Assembly (NCBI RefSeq): GCF_001194135.2
Contig: NC_069008.1
Location: forward strand, 7,923,742 to 7,958,683
Reading direction: 5' to 3'
Source of the DNA: Octopus bimaculoides
Taxonomy: Eukaryota
DNA: 34,942 nt
Shown piece by piece: positions 11,292-22,532 of this stretch. Position numbers and translations under genes: made by a program. Numbering within the stretch: position 1 is the first letter of the stretch; the number at the start of each line of letters is the position of its first letter. The notes beneath the pieces were generated by a model. The model saw only the letters and a list, made by a program, of their open reading frames with translations. It was not told the origin of the DNA and ran no database searches.

Positions 11292-11890
11292 TTACAAAAT
11301 ATATATTAGCAACAGAAGCAGTATTAATACCAAGAGGTAATATTTATCCCCACTTCTGGCAGGTATCTCTAGCAGTCAAACGTCCATCGTGAATTTTGCA
11401 CCAGAAGACAATATGAGAGTTTCTCTCTACTGCAGTATAATTTGTTCCAACAGAACATCCACATTTAAGTGAGGATAAATATTCTTTTCTACTCTAGGCA
11501 CAAGGCCCAAAATTTTGGGGGAGGGGACCAGTCGATTAGATCGACCCCAGTGCACAACTGGTACTTAATTTATCAGCCTGGAAAGGATGAAAGGCAAAGT
11601 CGATCTTGGCGGAATTTGAACTCAGAATGTATAGACAGAAGAAATACCACTAAGCATTTCACCCAGCGTGCTAATGTTTCTGCCAGCTCATCACCTTAGT
11701 GAGGATAAATATTATCTCTGAGTTTTAATACTGCCTCTGTCTCAAATATATATCTTTTAACAAGCTCACTGACTAATTGTGACACCAGCACCCATTCTGG
11801 CATTGTTTTTCTATACATTACTAGTGGGGAGATGAGTCACTGCTATCTCTAGCAGTCAAGCATCCATCATTGATAAGGCCAAGGCTCACA
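11292..11890 (+). mobile_element. Decayed second locus of the hammerhead-bearing repeat (retrozyme-like)
   Basis: 11391-11483 matches about 30622-30720 and 11714-11880 matches about 30390-30535; HHR core degraded to TTGATAA (11870-11876); inverted 60-bp segment at 11292-11355. Confidence 0.75.
11484..11697 (-). mobile_element. SINE family E with 16-bp TSD
   Basis: AGTGAGGATAAATATT at 11468-11483 and 11698-11713 flanks a complete reverse-complement family E copy. Confidence 0.92.
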
Positions 11891-11924
11891 ATCATAAAAT
11901 TGAGAGATAAATTCCTGGCAACGC

Positions 11925-12177
11925 TTTTATATCCTTGAGCAAGACACTTTATTCCACATTGCTCCAGTCCACTCAGCTGGCAAAAATGAGCTGTACCTGT
12001 AATTCAAAGGGGCCAACCTTGTCACATTCTGTGTCACGCTGAATCTCCCTGACAACTACATTAAGGGTATGTGTGTCTGTGGAGTGCTCAGCCACTTGCA
12101 CATTAATTTCACAAGGAGGCTATTCTGTTGACTTGATCAACTGGAACCTTCACCACCAAAACCAACAGAGTGCCAGT
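11925..12177 (+). mobile_element. SINE family B, 5' truncated
   Basis: CCTTGAGCAAGACACTTT...GCTCCAGTCCACTCAGCTGGCAAAAATGAG...CAACTGGAACC matches 1199-1513. Confidence 0.85.
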
Positions 12178-12662
12178 AATTGTAAAGGAGGTGAGAACAT
12201 TCCTTGGAAACAAAAACGTGAATGCTTCATGTTTTCATGATTCTGCTTTGCTTGTAACCTAGTCATTTCTGGTGGACATTACATCTCATTCGAGATAACT
12301 TACATCAACTACTTTAGGGATAAAATTAGCTGAGTCATAAGATGTATGGTGATAGAGTCACATTTGAAAGAGAGCAGCAGTTGTGGGAGTAGTAACTTCA
12401 AAGAGGAGATTGGATGGCTGTATGGTTAAGAAGCTTGGTTGACAAGGAGGTCTTACGGTACAACAGCTAGGGCCAATGTCTTTTACTATAAGCCCCAGGC
12501 TGACCAAAGCCTTGAGTGGAATTGGTAAGAGCAAAAACTGAAAGAAGCCCAGGGCTTATTTAAGTCTATTACTTTCGCCAGACCACAAAATTACAGGGAT
12601 ATAAACAAACACTGGTTGTTGAATAGGGGAGGAAAAGACAAAGACACACACATGTGTATATA

Positions 12663-13032
12663 TTCTTTTACTTGTTTCAGTCATTTGACTGCGGCCATGC
12701 TGGAGTACCGCCTTTAGTCAAGCAAATCAACCCCAGGACTTATTCTTTGTAGGCCTAGTACATATTTTATCAGTCTCTTTTGCCAAACTGCTAAGCTACA
12801 GGGATGTAAACGCACCAGCATCAGTTGTCAAGCAATGTTGGGGGGATAAACACAGACACACACACACATGATGAGCCTCTTTCAGTTTCCGTTTACCAAA
12901 TCTACTCACAAGGCTTTGGTCATCCCGAGGCTATAGTAGAAGACACTTGCCCAAGGTGCTATGCAGTGGGACTGAACCCGGAACATTGTGATTGGTAAGC
13001 AAGCTACTTACCACACAGCGACTCCTGCACCT
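12663..13032 (-). mobile_element. SINE family A, near full length, short microsatellite
   Basis: Continuous reverse-complement match to 13700-14102. Confidence 0.9.
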
Positions 13033-13344
13033 ATATATANNNNNNNNNNAAGATTGTAGTTGTTGTGAAAAGCCAGAACAATGTGAGAAGGTACAAAATA
13101 AACTACAAAATGAAAAGAAAACAGAACAAAGTTGCAGTTTTACCATGTATTTCTATATTTCAGGACATTCAGAAAAGCAGTGATTGGAAAAGTTTGTTGC
13201 TCCTGAGCAACCCTGAGCTTTTCCCAATTTCTGCAACTTTCTTGTTTTATTATTTTGTAGTTTACTTTGTACCTTCTTGCATTGTTCTGGCTTTACACAA
13301 CTACATTCTTTAAAGCACCTCACAATGCTTCACAAAAACAACCT

Positions 13345-13530
13345 CATTTTTAATATATATAGGGAGAATTCACAAAAAAACAAACAACAAAGACAGGTGG
13401 TGTAGACAACAAACAGATGTTTTAGTTTAACGCTCGAGAAGTGAAAAAGTCTTTAACGTTTTGAGCCTATGCTCTTCCACAGAAAGAAACAGGGAGAGAA
13501 AATAAAGAATGTGTAGTGGCTTGCGATCTA
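13345..13530 (-). mobile_element. Probable Penelope-like terminal fragment with hammerhead relic
   Basis: Minus strand carries an HHR-shaped motif at 13450-13487 followed by a T-rich tract and a (TA)n tail. Confidence 0.45.
13450..13487 (-). ncRNA. Minimal type I hammerhead relic (two core substitutions)
   Basis: TCTTT-CTGTGGA-A-GAGC-ATAG-GCTC-AAAA-C-GTT-AAAGA: perfect stem I (5 bp) and stem II (4 bp), palindromic AACGTT, but A6->U and G12->A. Confidence 0.6.
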
Positions 13531-13699
13531 TCACATATATATACATTATGTGACAAGCTTCTTTGAGTTTCTATCAGCCAAATTCACTCACATGGTGTCA
13601 TGCAATAGAACTGAACATGGAGCCATGTGGTTGGGAAGCAAATTTATTACCACATAACTGTGCCTGTGCCTATATTACGTTTCATTTTTCATCATACGC

Positions 13700-14102
13700 A
13701 GGCGCAGGAGTGGATATGTGGTAAGTAACTTGCTTACCAGCCACATGGTTCCGGGTTCAGTCCCACTGCGTGGCACTTTGGGCAAGTGTCTTCTACTATA
13801 GCCTCAGGCCGACCAAGGCCTTGTGAGTGGATTTGGTAGACGGAAACTGAAAGAAGCCTGTCGTGTGTATATACATGTATATATATATATGCGCGTGTGT
13901 GTGTGTGTTTGTCCCCCCCCCCCCAACATTGCATGACAACTGATGCTGGTGTGTTCACGCCCCCGTAACTTAGTGGTTCGGCAAAAAGAGACCGATAGAA
14001 TAAGTACTAGGCTTCCAAAGAATAAGTCCTGGGGTTGATTTGCTCGACTAAAGGCGGTGCTCCAGCATGGCCACAGTCAAATGACTGAAACAAGTAAAAG
14101 AG
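13700..14102 (+). mobile_element. SINE family A, full length (used as reference copy)
   Basis: tRNA-like head with A-box-like TGGATATGTGG and B-box GGTTCAGTCCC, central (TA)n(TG)n, 3' tail GAAACAAGTAAAAGA. Confidence 0.92.
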
Positions 14103-14112
14103 TATACTATTC

Positions 14113-14482
14113 TTTTATTCTTTTACCTGTTTCAGTCATTTGACTGTCGCCATGCTGGAGCACTGCCTTGAAAGGTTTTAGTTGAACAAATCAACCCCAA
14201 GACTTGTTTCTTAAGATATTCTACCGGTATCTTTTAATGAAATGCTAAGTTATGGGGATGTAAGCCCACCAACATCGGCTGTCAAGTGATGGGGGAGGGA
14301 AAACACACACACATATATAGACAATGGGCTTCTTTCTGTTTCCATCTACTAAATCCACTCAAAAGGTTTTTTGGTTGACCTGAGACTATAGTAGAGGACT
14401 ATAGTAGAAGCCCAAGGTTCCACATAGTGGGACTGAACCCTGAGGTTGTGAAGCAAGCTACTTACTAGACAGGCATACCTGC
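14113..14482 (-). mobile_element. SINE family A, tail-to-tail with the preceding copy
   Basis: Reverse-complement match starting about 10 nt after the end of 13700-14102. Confidence 0.88.
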
Positions 14483-14794
14483 ATCATGTTCAAACTATTT
14501 ATAATTTTAAAGACTTGTTTGTGCTTTTTTTTTTTAATAGGTTTAAAATGATGCCTCAATTGAACTAAATTACATTAAAACTGAAATCTTAGATTAGTAA
14601 TCAACGTAAGTTCACTGTGCAAAAATTATTTTCTGGCATGTCTCATATTTAATGGAAAATATAATCGGATATAATTAGATGAATATTCCCATGTTTAACT
14701 ATTTTTGTGGTATTTATCTAACACACAGTCCAATTATTATTAAACTATCTGACCAACAGACGTAAGAAGGTTGACCACTCCCCGATAGAAATAT

Positions 14795-15003
14795 TGGTTT
14801 CAAATTTTGGCACAAGGGCAGCAATTTTGGGGAAGGGGACAAGTCAATTACATTGATCCTAGTGTATAACTGGTACTTATTTTAACCCTGAAAGAATGAA
14901 AGTCAAAGTTGACCTCGGCAGAATTTGAGCTCAGAATGTTAAGTCGAAAGAAATGCTGCTAAGCATTTTGCTTGGCATGCTAACAACTGCCAGTTTGCCA
15001 TTT
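14795..15003 (-). mobile_element. SINE family E
   Basis: Reverse complement of the family E body (ACTGGTACTTATTTT...GATGAAAG(G/T)CAAAGT...GAGCTCAGAATG). Confidence 0.85.
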
Positions 15004-15034
15004 TGTCTGATACAATTATTAACTGGATAATCAG

Positions 15035-15475
15035 ACAATGTGTAGATATTGTCTGAAAAGACAGACAGACACAGTGAGAAAATGTTGACTAGATATTGAC
15101 TTGGTAGACAGATAGTGTGTAGATATCAACTTGATAGACAAATACAGTGTGGATAAATAGACACAGAGTGCAGTTATCAACTTGACAGATACACATAGTG
15201 TGCAAATGTTTATTGAATAGACCGATTCAGAGTAGAAGTCAACTGGATAGAGAGACAAAAGTGTGTAGATGTTCACTGGAGATGGACACTGTGTGAGGAA
15301 GTTTACTGGAGAGATAGACACTGTAGGCAGTTGTCAACTGAATAGACAGAAAGAGTGTGTAGATCTTCAGTATAGAGATAAACATTGTGTAAATGTCAAT
15401 GGAGTAGACAGACACAAATGTGTAGAAGTTGACTGAATAGACACAGTGTGTGGCTGATGACTGGATAAGACAGAC
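15035..15475. repeat. Degenerate minisatellite of about 30 bp (GTGTGTAGATGTTGACTGGATAGACACA-like)
   Basis: More than 10 diverged units; the same unit occurs inverted at about 20098-20165. Confidence 0.75.
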
Positions 15476-15725
15476 AGAAATGGGGATGTAAACACACCAA
15501 CACTGGTTGTCAAGCAGTGGTGGGAGATTAAAGACAAAGATACACACACATATTTATATATATATATATACACAATGGGTTTCTTTCAGTTTCTGTTCAC
15601 AAATCCAATCACAAGGCTTTGGTTATCCCAAGACTATAATAGAAGACACTTGCCCAAGGTACCACACAGTGGGACTGAACCTGGAACCATGTGGTTGGGA
15701 AGCAATCTTCTTGCCACACAGCCAC
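15476..15725 (-). mobile_element. SINE family A, 3' truncated at the minisatellite
   Basis: Head and microsatellite present; the match stops at GGGGATGTAAACACACC. Confidence 0.85.
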
Positions 15726-16527
15726 TTCAGCAAATCTTTTGTACTTGGATTGCCTGACACTTCTTTACCCAATGGCCATCCTCCACCTACACCCCATGCT
15801 TATAGGAAGTGCCGTCTTTCCATTTCCAAATATGGAACATGAGAGACTATATATTAACTAGAAACACAGAAAAGGTGCCTGTCTATATTCCAGTTTTTCT
15901 CTCAGCCCATTTTGCTCCATCTTTCATGCACACTGGCACTATACACACAACAGAGATTATTTATTTGTCTTAATTTCTCTCCAGCTATAAAATATGGTTT
16001 TTCTGCAGAGGATCATAATGAAAGATGAGTTCAGAACTTACAATCTACACACTTTGTCCAATAATATAAAATGTAAGCCAGCTCAGTCACCGGGACATTT
16101 TCCCAGTGCACACCCACACACACACACACCCACACACACTACATTATATATATACATACACATATACATACACATATCTACATATGTAAGTATATATATA
16201 TAAATATATATATATATATACACACAGATACATATATATCCTGTGAGGAAATTTGATCCCCACCCCAACAGCATCCTAGCCAACTACTTGCTGCATCATC
16301 AAAGTCAAAAGGAAATAATTATATTGCTATTCATACTCAAACCATCTCCTGCTCACCACCCAACACCACCAAAACCATCCTCATCATCATCATCATCATC
16401 CTTACAGTTAATAATAAGCCTCATCATTATCCTCATCAGCATCATCATCATTAGCCTCATAAACATTAACGTTACCCTTAATAATAAGCATCACCATCAT
16501 ATGATTATTATCATTATTATTATTATT

Positions 16528-16750
16528 AAGGTAGTGAGCTGGCAGAATTATTAGCATGCCGGGCAAAATACTTAGTGGCATTTCATCCATCTTTACGTTG
16601 TGAGTTCAAATTCCATTGAGGCCAACTTTACCTTTCATCCTTTTGGAGTTGATAAAATAAGTACCAGTTGAATACTGGGGTCAATGTAATCAACTTCCCC
16701 TTCCCCCAAAATTGCTGGCCTTGCATCAAATTTGAAGCCATTATTATTGT
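16528..16750 (+). mobile_element. SINE family E (tRNA-derived), full length
   Basis: AAGGTAGTGAGCTGGCAGAA...GAGTTCAAATTCC (B-box)...CCTTTCATCC...GATAAAATAAGTACCAG...(ATT)n. Confidence 0.88.
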
Positions 16751-17245
16751 NNNNNNNNNNNNNNNNNNNNNNNNNNNNNNNNNNNNNNNNNNNNNNNNNN
16801 NNNNNNNNNNNNNNNNNNNNNNNNNNNNNNNNNNNNNNNNNNNNNNNNNNNNNNNNNNNNNNNNNNNNNNNNNNNNNNNNNNNNNNNNNNNNNNNNNNNN
16901 NNNNNNNNNNNNNNNNNNNNNNNNNNNNNNNNNNNNNNNNNNNNNNNNNNNNNNNNNNNNNNNNNNNNNNNNNNNNNNNNNNNNNNNNNNNNNNNNNNNN
17001 NNNNNNNNNNNNNNNNNNNNNNNNNNNNNNNNNNNNNNNNNNNNNNNNNNNNNNNNNNNNNNNNNNNNNNNNNNNNNNNNNNNNNNNNNNNNNNNNNNNN
17101 NNNNNNNNNNNNNNNNNNNNNNNNNNNNNNNNNNNNNNNNNNNNNNNNNNNNNNNNNNNNNNNNNNNNNNNNNNNNNNNNNNNNNNNNNNNNNNNNNNNN
17201 NNNNNNNNNNNNNNNNNNNNNNNNNNNNNNNNNNNNNNNNNNNNN
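16751..17245. other. Assembly gap (others at 13040-13049, 18507-18935, 27693-27815, 33599-33809)
   Basis: Runs of N. Confidence 1.
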
Positions 17246-17444
17246 TATATATGTATGATGAGCTTCTTCCAGTTACCGCCTACCAAATCTACTCTCTATA
17301 GGCTTTGGTCGGCCCAAGATGCTATGCAGTGGGACTGAACTTTGGGAAGCAAGCTTCTTCCTAATTCACCTACAACTACAGGGATACATTTAACCTACAC
17401 TTTCCATATCTCTAACTCTATGGTTAGGTCCTGGTACTTTACTA

Positions 17445-17645
17445 CTCGTGCCGGGCAAAATGCCTAGCAGCAATTTGTCTGTCTTTATGTTCTGAGTTCA
17501 AACTCCACTGAGGTTGACTTTGCCGTTTATCCTTTCATGGTCGATAAACTAAGTACCAGTGAAACACTGGAGTCGATGTAATTGACTAGTCCCCACCTGC
17601 AAATTTCAGGCTTTGTGACTTTGGTAGAAAGGATTATTATTATTG
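17445..17645 (+). mobile_element. SINE family E, 5' truncated
   Basis: GTGCCGGGCAAAATGC...GAGTTCAAAC...AAGTACCAG...GGTAGAAAGGATTATT. Confidence 0.85.
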
Positions 17646-18029
17646 TTATCATCATCATCACTATCAACATTTAAGAGCAGCTGACAATGGATCTGTCCGT
17701 TACACAGTAGCTTATGTTAGAAATAACAACACAATCTCAAATCTGGACAGAAACTGCTGAAGGTCATTGTGGTGATGTGTTATGTATGTCAGCAAAAGTA
17801 GTTAACATCAGAGAAAGAGAAACCAGCAAAAGTATTATTTGTTTTGCCCTAATTGTGTAGACTATCCCTTGTCAATCTTGCTTTAAGAAAATGCAACAAA
17901 CTCCTGAGTGACTGGTTTGAAGTCCTGAAACCAACAACCTTATATAATAAGCCTCTTCATTATCCTCACCAACATTTAATCAGCATCATCATCATTAGCC
18001 TCATAAACATCAACATTACCCTGTTTTCC

Positions 18030-18370
18030 ACTGGCACCAAGAATCCAGACAAAGCAAGTCCATCGAGAAGCTCATGATGATCCCATTTTTCAACAACAAG
18101 GGTAACAATATATCCACTAGGTTCTCTCTGGCCAGATGGTTTTGAGATGGTTTAGGAAGAGATTTTGTAGCAAAAGACCAGAGTTCGGGTCAATGGTACC
18201 AGCACCAGTCCACAATTCCATCCTGGTAACCCAACTACTTGACAGAGATGGGCATCAAAACGATCTTACTCCTTGGTACTTTTGGTTGTTTCCCAGAATG
18301 AAGGAGGCTGTGACAAGAACCTGAACACCTTCAGATTGAAGGACCTCCATGGGGCCTTCACTCAGTGCAT
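18030..18370 (+). pseudogene. Mariner-type transposase remnant (second subfamily)
   Basis: Frame-broken KLMMIPFFxxKG...VLRWFRKRFCSKRPE...APVHNSILVT...DLTPWYFWLFPRMKEAV...DLHGAF, matching the DDD-domain motifs KxMxxxFFDxxG, KRP, HxDNAPxH and DLAPxDFWLFP. Confidence 0.78.
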
Positions 18371-19184
18371 TTAAGTCAGAGGACTCTATTTTAAAAGAGG
18401 TTAGGGTTTTATACATTTTTGAAATTAATAAATGTCTCTGGAAAAAGTTTTAAACTTCTGTGCTGTTTGGTAAGAAGCTTGCTTCCCAAAATTCAAAGTT
18501 CAGTCCNNNNNNNNNNNNNNNNNNNNNNNNNNNNNNNNNNNNNNNNNNNNNNNNNNNNNNNNNNNNNNNNNNNNNNNNNNNNNNNNNNNNNNNNNNNNNN
18601 NNNNNNNNNNNNNNNNNNNNNNNNNNNNNNNNNNNNNNNNNNNNNNNNNNNNNNNNNNNNNNNNNNNNNNNNNNNNNNNNNNNNNNNNNNNNNNNNNNNN
18701 NNNNNNNNNNNNNNNNNNNNNNNNNNNNNNNNNNNNNNNNNNNNNNNNNNNNNNNNNNNNNNNNNNNNNNNNNNNNNNNNNNNNNNNNNNNNNNNNNNNN
18801 NNNNNNNNNNNNNNNNNNNNNNNNNNNNNNNNNNNNNNNNNNNNNNNNNNNNNNNNNNNNNNNNNNNNNNNNNNNNNNNNNNNNNNNNNNNNNNNNNNNN
18901 NNNNNNNNNNNNNNNNNNNNNNNNNNNNNNNNNNNCTGTTGAATTCATTAATTTAATTCATAGCAAAAGTGACAAAGGGAGGAAGAAAGTAGTTGGGTTC
19001 AGCATATTATCCTCCATTTTCTAATTGTTACACAAATTTTGGGTAAAACCTCCACTTTTACCCGCTCCCATTGATTGCACCTAGTATAGCACTAGCGTAG
19101 CAATAATTGGGTACCCTCCCAGCAGTATACTGGATAGATACTATCCCTTAGTGGGTTGTACCCCCAACCCCTAACTCTCTCACG

Positions 19185-19186
<2 letters not shown>

Positions 19187-19226
<40 letters not shown>

Positions 19227-19437
19227 GTGTGTGTGTATCTGTGTTTGTCTCCCTGCCATTGCTTGGCAACTGGTGTTGGTGTGTTTACATCCAATAACTT
19301 AGTAGTTTGTCAAAAGAGACTGATAGAATAAGTACTAGGCTTACAGAGAATAAGTCCTGGTGTCGATTTCTTCAACTAAAACCCTTTAAAGCAGTGCTCC
19401 AGCATGGCCACAGTCAAATGACCGAAACAAGCAAAAG
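19187..19437 (+). mobile_element. SINE family A 3' half with (TA)n
   Basis: Microsatellite followed by the family A tail; head absent. Confidence 0.82.
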
Positions 19438-19719
19438 AATGCACCTTGTAACTCTCACTGTTGCAAGAATTCAGGCCTAGTCTCTGGTTTGAGGATAATT
19501 TCCTCCCCTCCTTCCATCAATCTCAAAGGCCCTGAGAAAAAAAGGGAATCATGGGCTCTACCCTTCCCTACCCAAGTAATCAATACAAAAACAAAACAAA
19601 ACAAAACAAAACAAAACCCTCTCCATGTATTCTCTTATCCTACTGCAACCAGCTTAAGGATGGGGAGGGGTTCCATCCCAATATATTTACACAAACTGCA
19701 GGGTTGGATTTGTCATCGA

Positions 19720-20060
19720 TCTTTCTCCTTCAAACTCTATTCTCTCTTACTCCTCCTGTCTGCAGCCACCACCACCACCACCAACCACTTCTTTCCTTTA
19801 CTGGATTATTGCCATTCAACCCCCCCCCCACCTCTTTGTTCTTACTCAACACTATCGCAACGATAGTCTGTCTTCCAATTTCTATTTTGCTTGTGGTTCA
19901 CTTCCTCCCACTTCTGTTTCTTTCTCTTTCTCTCCCTCTCACTTGTATGCCTTTCCTTCTCTTTTCCTAATCTTTATTTCTTTCTACTCTTCTTTCTTTT
20001 ATTCCTTCCTCCCCTTCTCTGTCATCACTCTCAACCATCTTCCATCCAGCTCCTTCTTTT
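19720..20060. repeat. Pyrimidine-rich low-complexity tract
   Basis: CT-rich strand with (ACC)n and (TC)n. Confidence 0.75.
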
Positions 20061-20693
20061 TCCCCAATACATCAGGCCACATAGTCACTACTTACAGCAT
20101 CTATCCAACCACCCTCCATCTACACACTGTGTCAATCTATCCAGTCAACACTTACACACTGTTTCCAAGAGTGATTTGGCAAAATGAATTGCAATAGTAA
20201 ATTGAGGACTACCATTATAAAGATTCCAACCTTGAGACATACACACAGAATACTTTACATTATTGGTTCTCAGTCAGGGTCCAGATAAGATTTGAGGGGA
20301 GGGGTGGGTCAACACAAGCAAAATAATAAATTGGGGATCCACAGTAATATTGTAAGGGTTTATGAAATTTTTTTGCTTCAGACGTATCTATTGCAAGAAA
20401 CAGCAAGGTTTCTTTCTATAACGTTTTACATAGTTCTACAAAACAGAAAGAAGCGTCTATGAAACAAGATTTAAAATATTGAATGGCTAGCAGGAGTGCA
20501 CCCATGTGAAATAAGAATCAAAGGGATCCATAGATAAGATATTTTTTATCTATGGATTACCTAGAACTACTGCTCTAGTGCCTGGCACTAGAAGACTTAA
20601 CTCTTACACAAACTCTTCAACAGCATCTCCAGTTAATGACATGATTCATTCGAGTCATATGCTACACAATCACCTACTCTTTACTCTCTCTTT

Positions 20694-20916
20694 ACTCTTT
20701 TACTTGTTTCAGTCATTTGACTGCGGCCATGCTGGAGCATCGCCTTTAGTCGAGCAAATCGACCCCAGGACTTATTCTTTGTAAGCCTAGTACTTATTCT
20801 ATCGGTCTCTTTTGCTGAACTGTTAAGTTATGTGGACGTAAATACACCAGCATCGGTTGTCGAGCAAAATTGGGGGGACAAACACAGACACACAAACATA
20901 TACACACACACACACG

Positions 20917-20947
<31 letters not shown>

Positions 20948-21110
20948 GACAGGCTTCTTTCAGTTTCCGTCTGCCAAATCCACTCACAAGGCTTTGGTAG
21001 GCCCGAGGCTATAGTAGAAGACACTTACCCAAGGTGCCACGCAGTGGGACTGAACCCAGAACCATGTGGTTGGTAAGCAAGCTACTTACCACACAGCCAC
21101 TCCTGCGCCT
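20694..21110 (-). mobile_element. SINE family A, full length, low divergence
   Basis: Continuous reverse-complement match, including A-box TGGCTGTGTGG and B-box GGTTCAGTCCC. Confidence 0.93.
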
Positions 21111-21156
21111 ATACTGTTTATATTCTACACAATTACTACACAATATGTAGTGTTAA

Positions 21157-21484
21157 GGTCATCGCTACAAATTTTCTGAAGCCAGCACTGATCCTGTTAC
21201 GACACTTCATATCCGAGATGTCAGATGGAAAAAAAACAATGAGATCAAAGGTGTAAAAATGGTAAAAATGGGCGTAAAGACATATTTTGGGAGATTCTGC
21301 TCCTTCATCAGCACCCATCCAAAGCCATTAATAATCATCCGCGGACTCATTGCTTAAATAGCCACTACATATGGCGGAATAACGTTACTGGACAAACCAA
21401 TTTATATATTAAACACATTCCTGGAAGCTGGTATGTAAACATTGTGCCAGCTTTAATTTCAATAGAAAATCTGTAGCGATGACA
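21157..21484. mobile_element. Non-autonomous TTAA-specific DNA transposon (Kolobok-like), 328 bp
   Basis: TTAA|GGTCATCGCTACAAATTTTCT...AGAAAATCTGTAGCGATGACA|TTAA: 21-bp TIR with 2 mismatches, TTAA TSD, 5'-RR terminus. Confidence 0.8.
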
Positions 21485-21627
21485 TTAACAAGTGATTTAA
21501 GTGCACTGCTAACACAGTAGAACATGCTATTGATTTATGAAAACGTTTTATATACTTTGTAGCATAACAAAATACTGTGTGCCTACAAGTCAACACTATA
21601 TAGTTTACAGAAATGCCACACAACACA

Positions 21628-22133
21628 GGCATTGCATCAAGGCAATGTAGCTGATGCTGGTGTCACGTAACTGGCACCTGTGCCAGTGACACACAAGAGC
21701 ACCCATTACACTCTCGGAGTGGTTGGCATTAGGAAGGGCATCCAACTGTAGAAACCATGCCAAATCAGACTGGAGTCTGATGCAGCTCCCTCAACCTACC
21801 AGCCCTGGTCAAACAGTCTAACCCAGGGGTTTTCAAACTGGTCCGCGGACCACAGGGGGTCCGTGGACAGCAAATACTTTTTATGGGCAATTTGATTTTA
21901 TATATGCTTTTTAATTGAAATCTTTTAATTGACAATAAACCTATTTGTTAAACACTGTTAAATAAATAAATGTAAAAATATATGTTATTTTAAGCAAATA
22001 TTTATGTATAAATTTCCTAAGGCAAAGCCTGAAATATAAGGGGGTCCCGCAAGTCAAAAAGTTTGAAAACCCTTGGTCTAACCCATGCCAGCATGGACAA
22101 CGGACATTAAATGATGATGATGATAATGATGAT
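21628..22133 (+). mobile_element. SINE family C interrupted by a hAT MITE
   Basis: AAGAGCACCCATTACACTCTCGGAGTGGTTGGCATTAGGAAGGGCATCC...CCCATGCCAGCATGGACAACGGACATTAAA(TGA)n. Confidence 0.85.
21824..22075. mobile_element. hAT MITE, 252 bp, with perfect 8-bp TSD
   Basis: TIR CAGGGGTTTTCAAACT / AGTTTGAAAACCCTTG; TSD GTCTAACC at 21816-21823 and 22076-22083. Confidence 0.93.
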
Positions 22134-22299
22134 GAATGAGTACAAACACTGGAGTACATAACTGGAGATGTATACAAACACAACTCTACATGTTGAAAAG
22201 ATAATGTTGCACACAGCTCAGGATGATAGTGCATCTGCTATCATGGTAGAAACTTACATCAAACTATTTCAAACATGATAATATTAGTGCTAAGGCCAA

Positions 22300-22510
22300 C
22301 TAGCCAGCTGGCAGAGTCGTTTGTGCACCAGGCAAAATACTGAGTGGCATTCTACATGTTCTGAGTTCAAATTCCACCAAGGTCAACTTTGCCTTTTCAT
22401 CCTTTTGGGGTCAATAAAGTAAGTACTAGTTGAACATTGGGGTTGATGTATTCGACTTACCCCTTCCCTGAAACTGCTGGCCTTGTGCCAAACGTTGAAA
22501 CAAATATTAT
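22300..22510 (+). mobile_element. SINE family E
   Basis: GCTGGCAGAGTCG...GAGTTCAAATTCC...AAGTACTAG...GCTGGCCTTGTGCCAAA. Confidence 0.85.
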
Positions 22511-22532
22511 AAAACAGAATCACAAGGTTTAA

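Noticed and set aside
16668-19024. Long ORFs containing X
   Set aside because: They span assembly gaps; the same applies at 27.6 kb and 33.6 kb
21283-21315. Minus-strand CTGATGA-A-GGAG...CTCC-CAAAA
   Set aside because: G12 absent, no stem I or III; it lies inside a TIR-bounded DNA MITE
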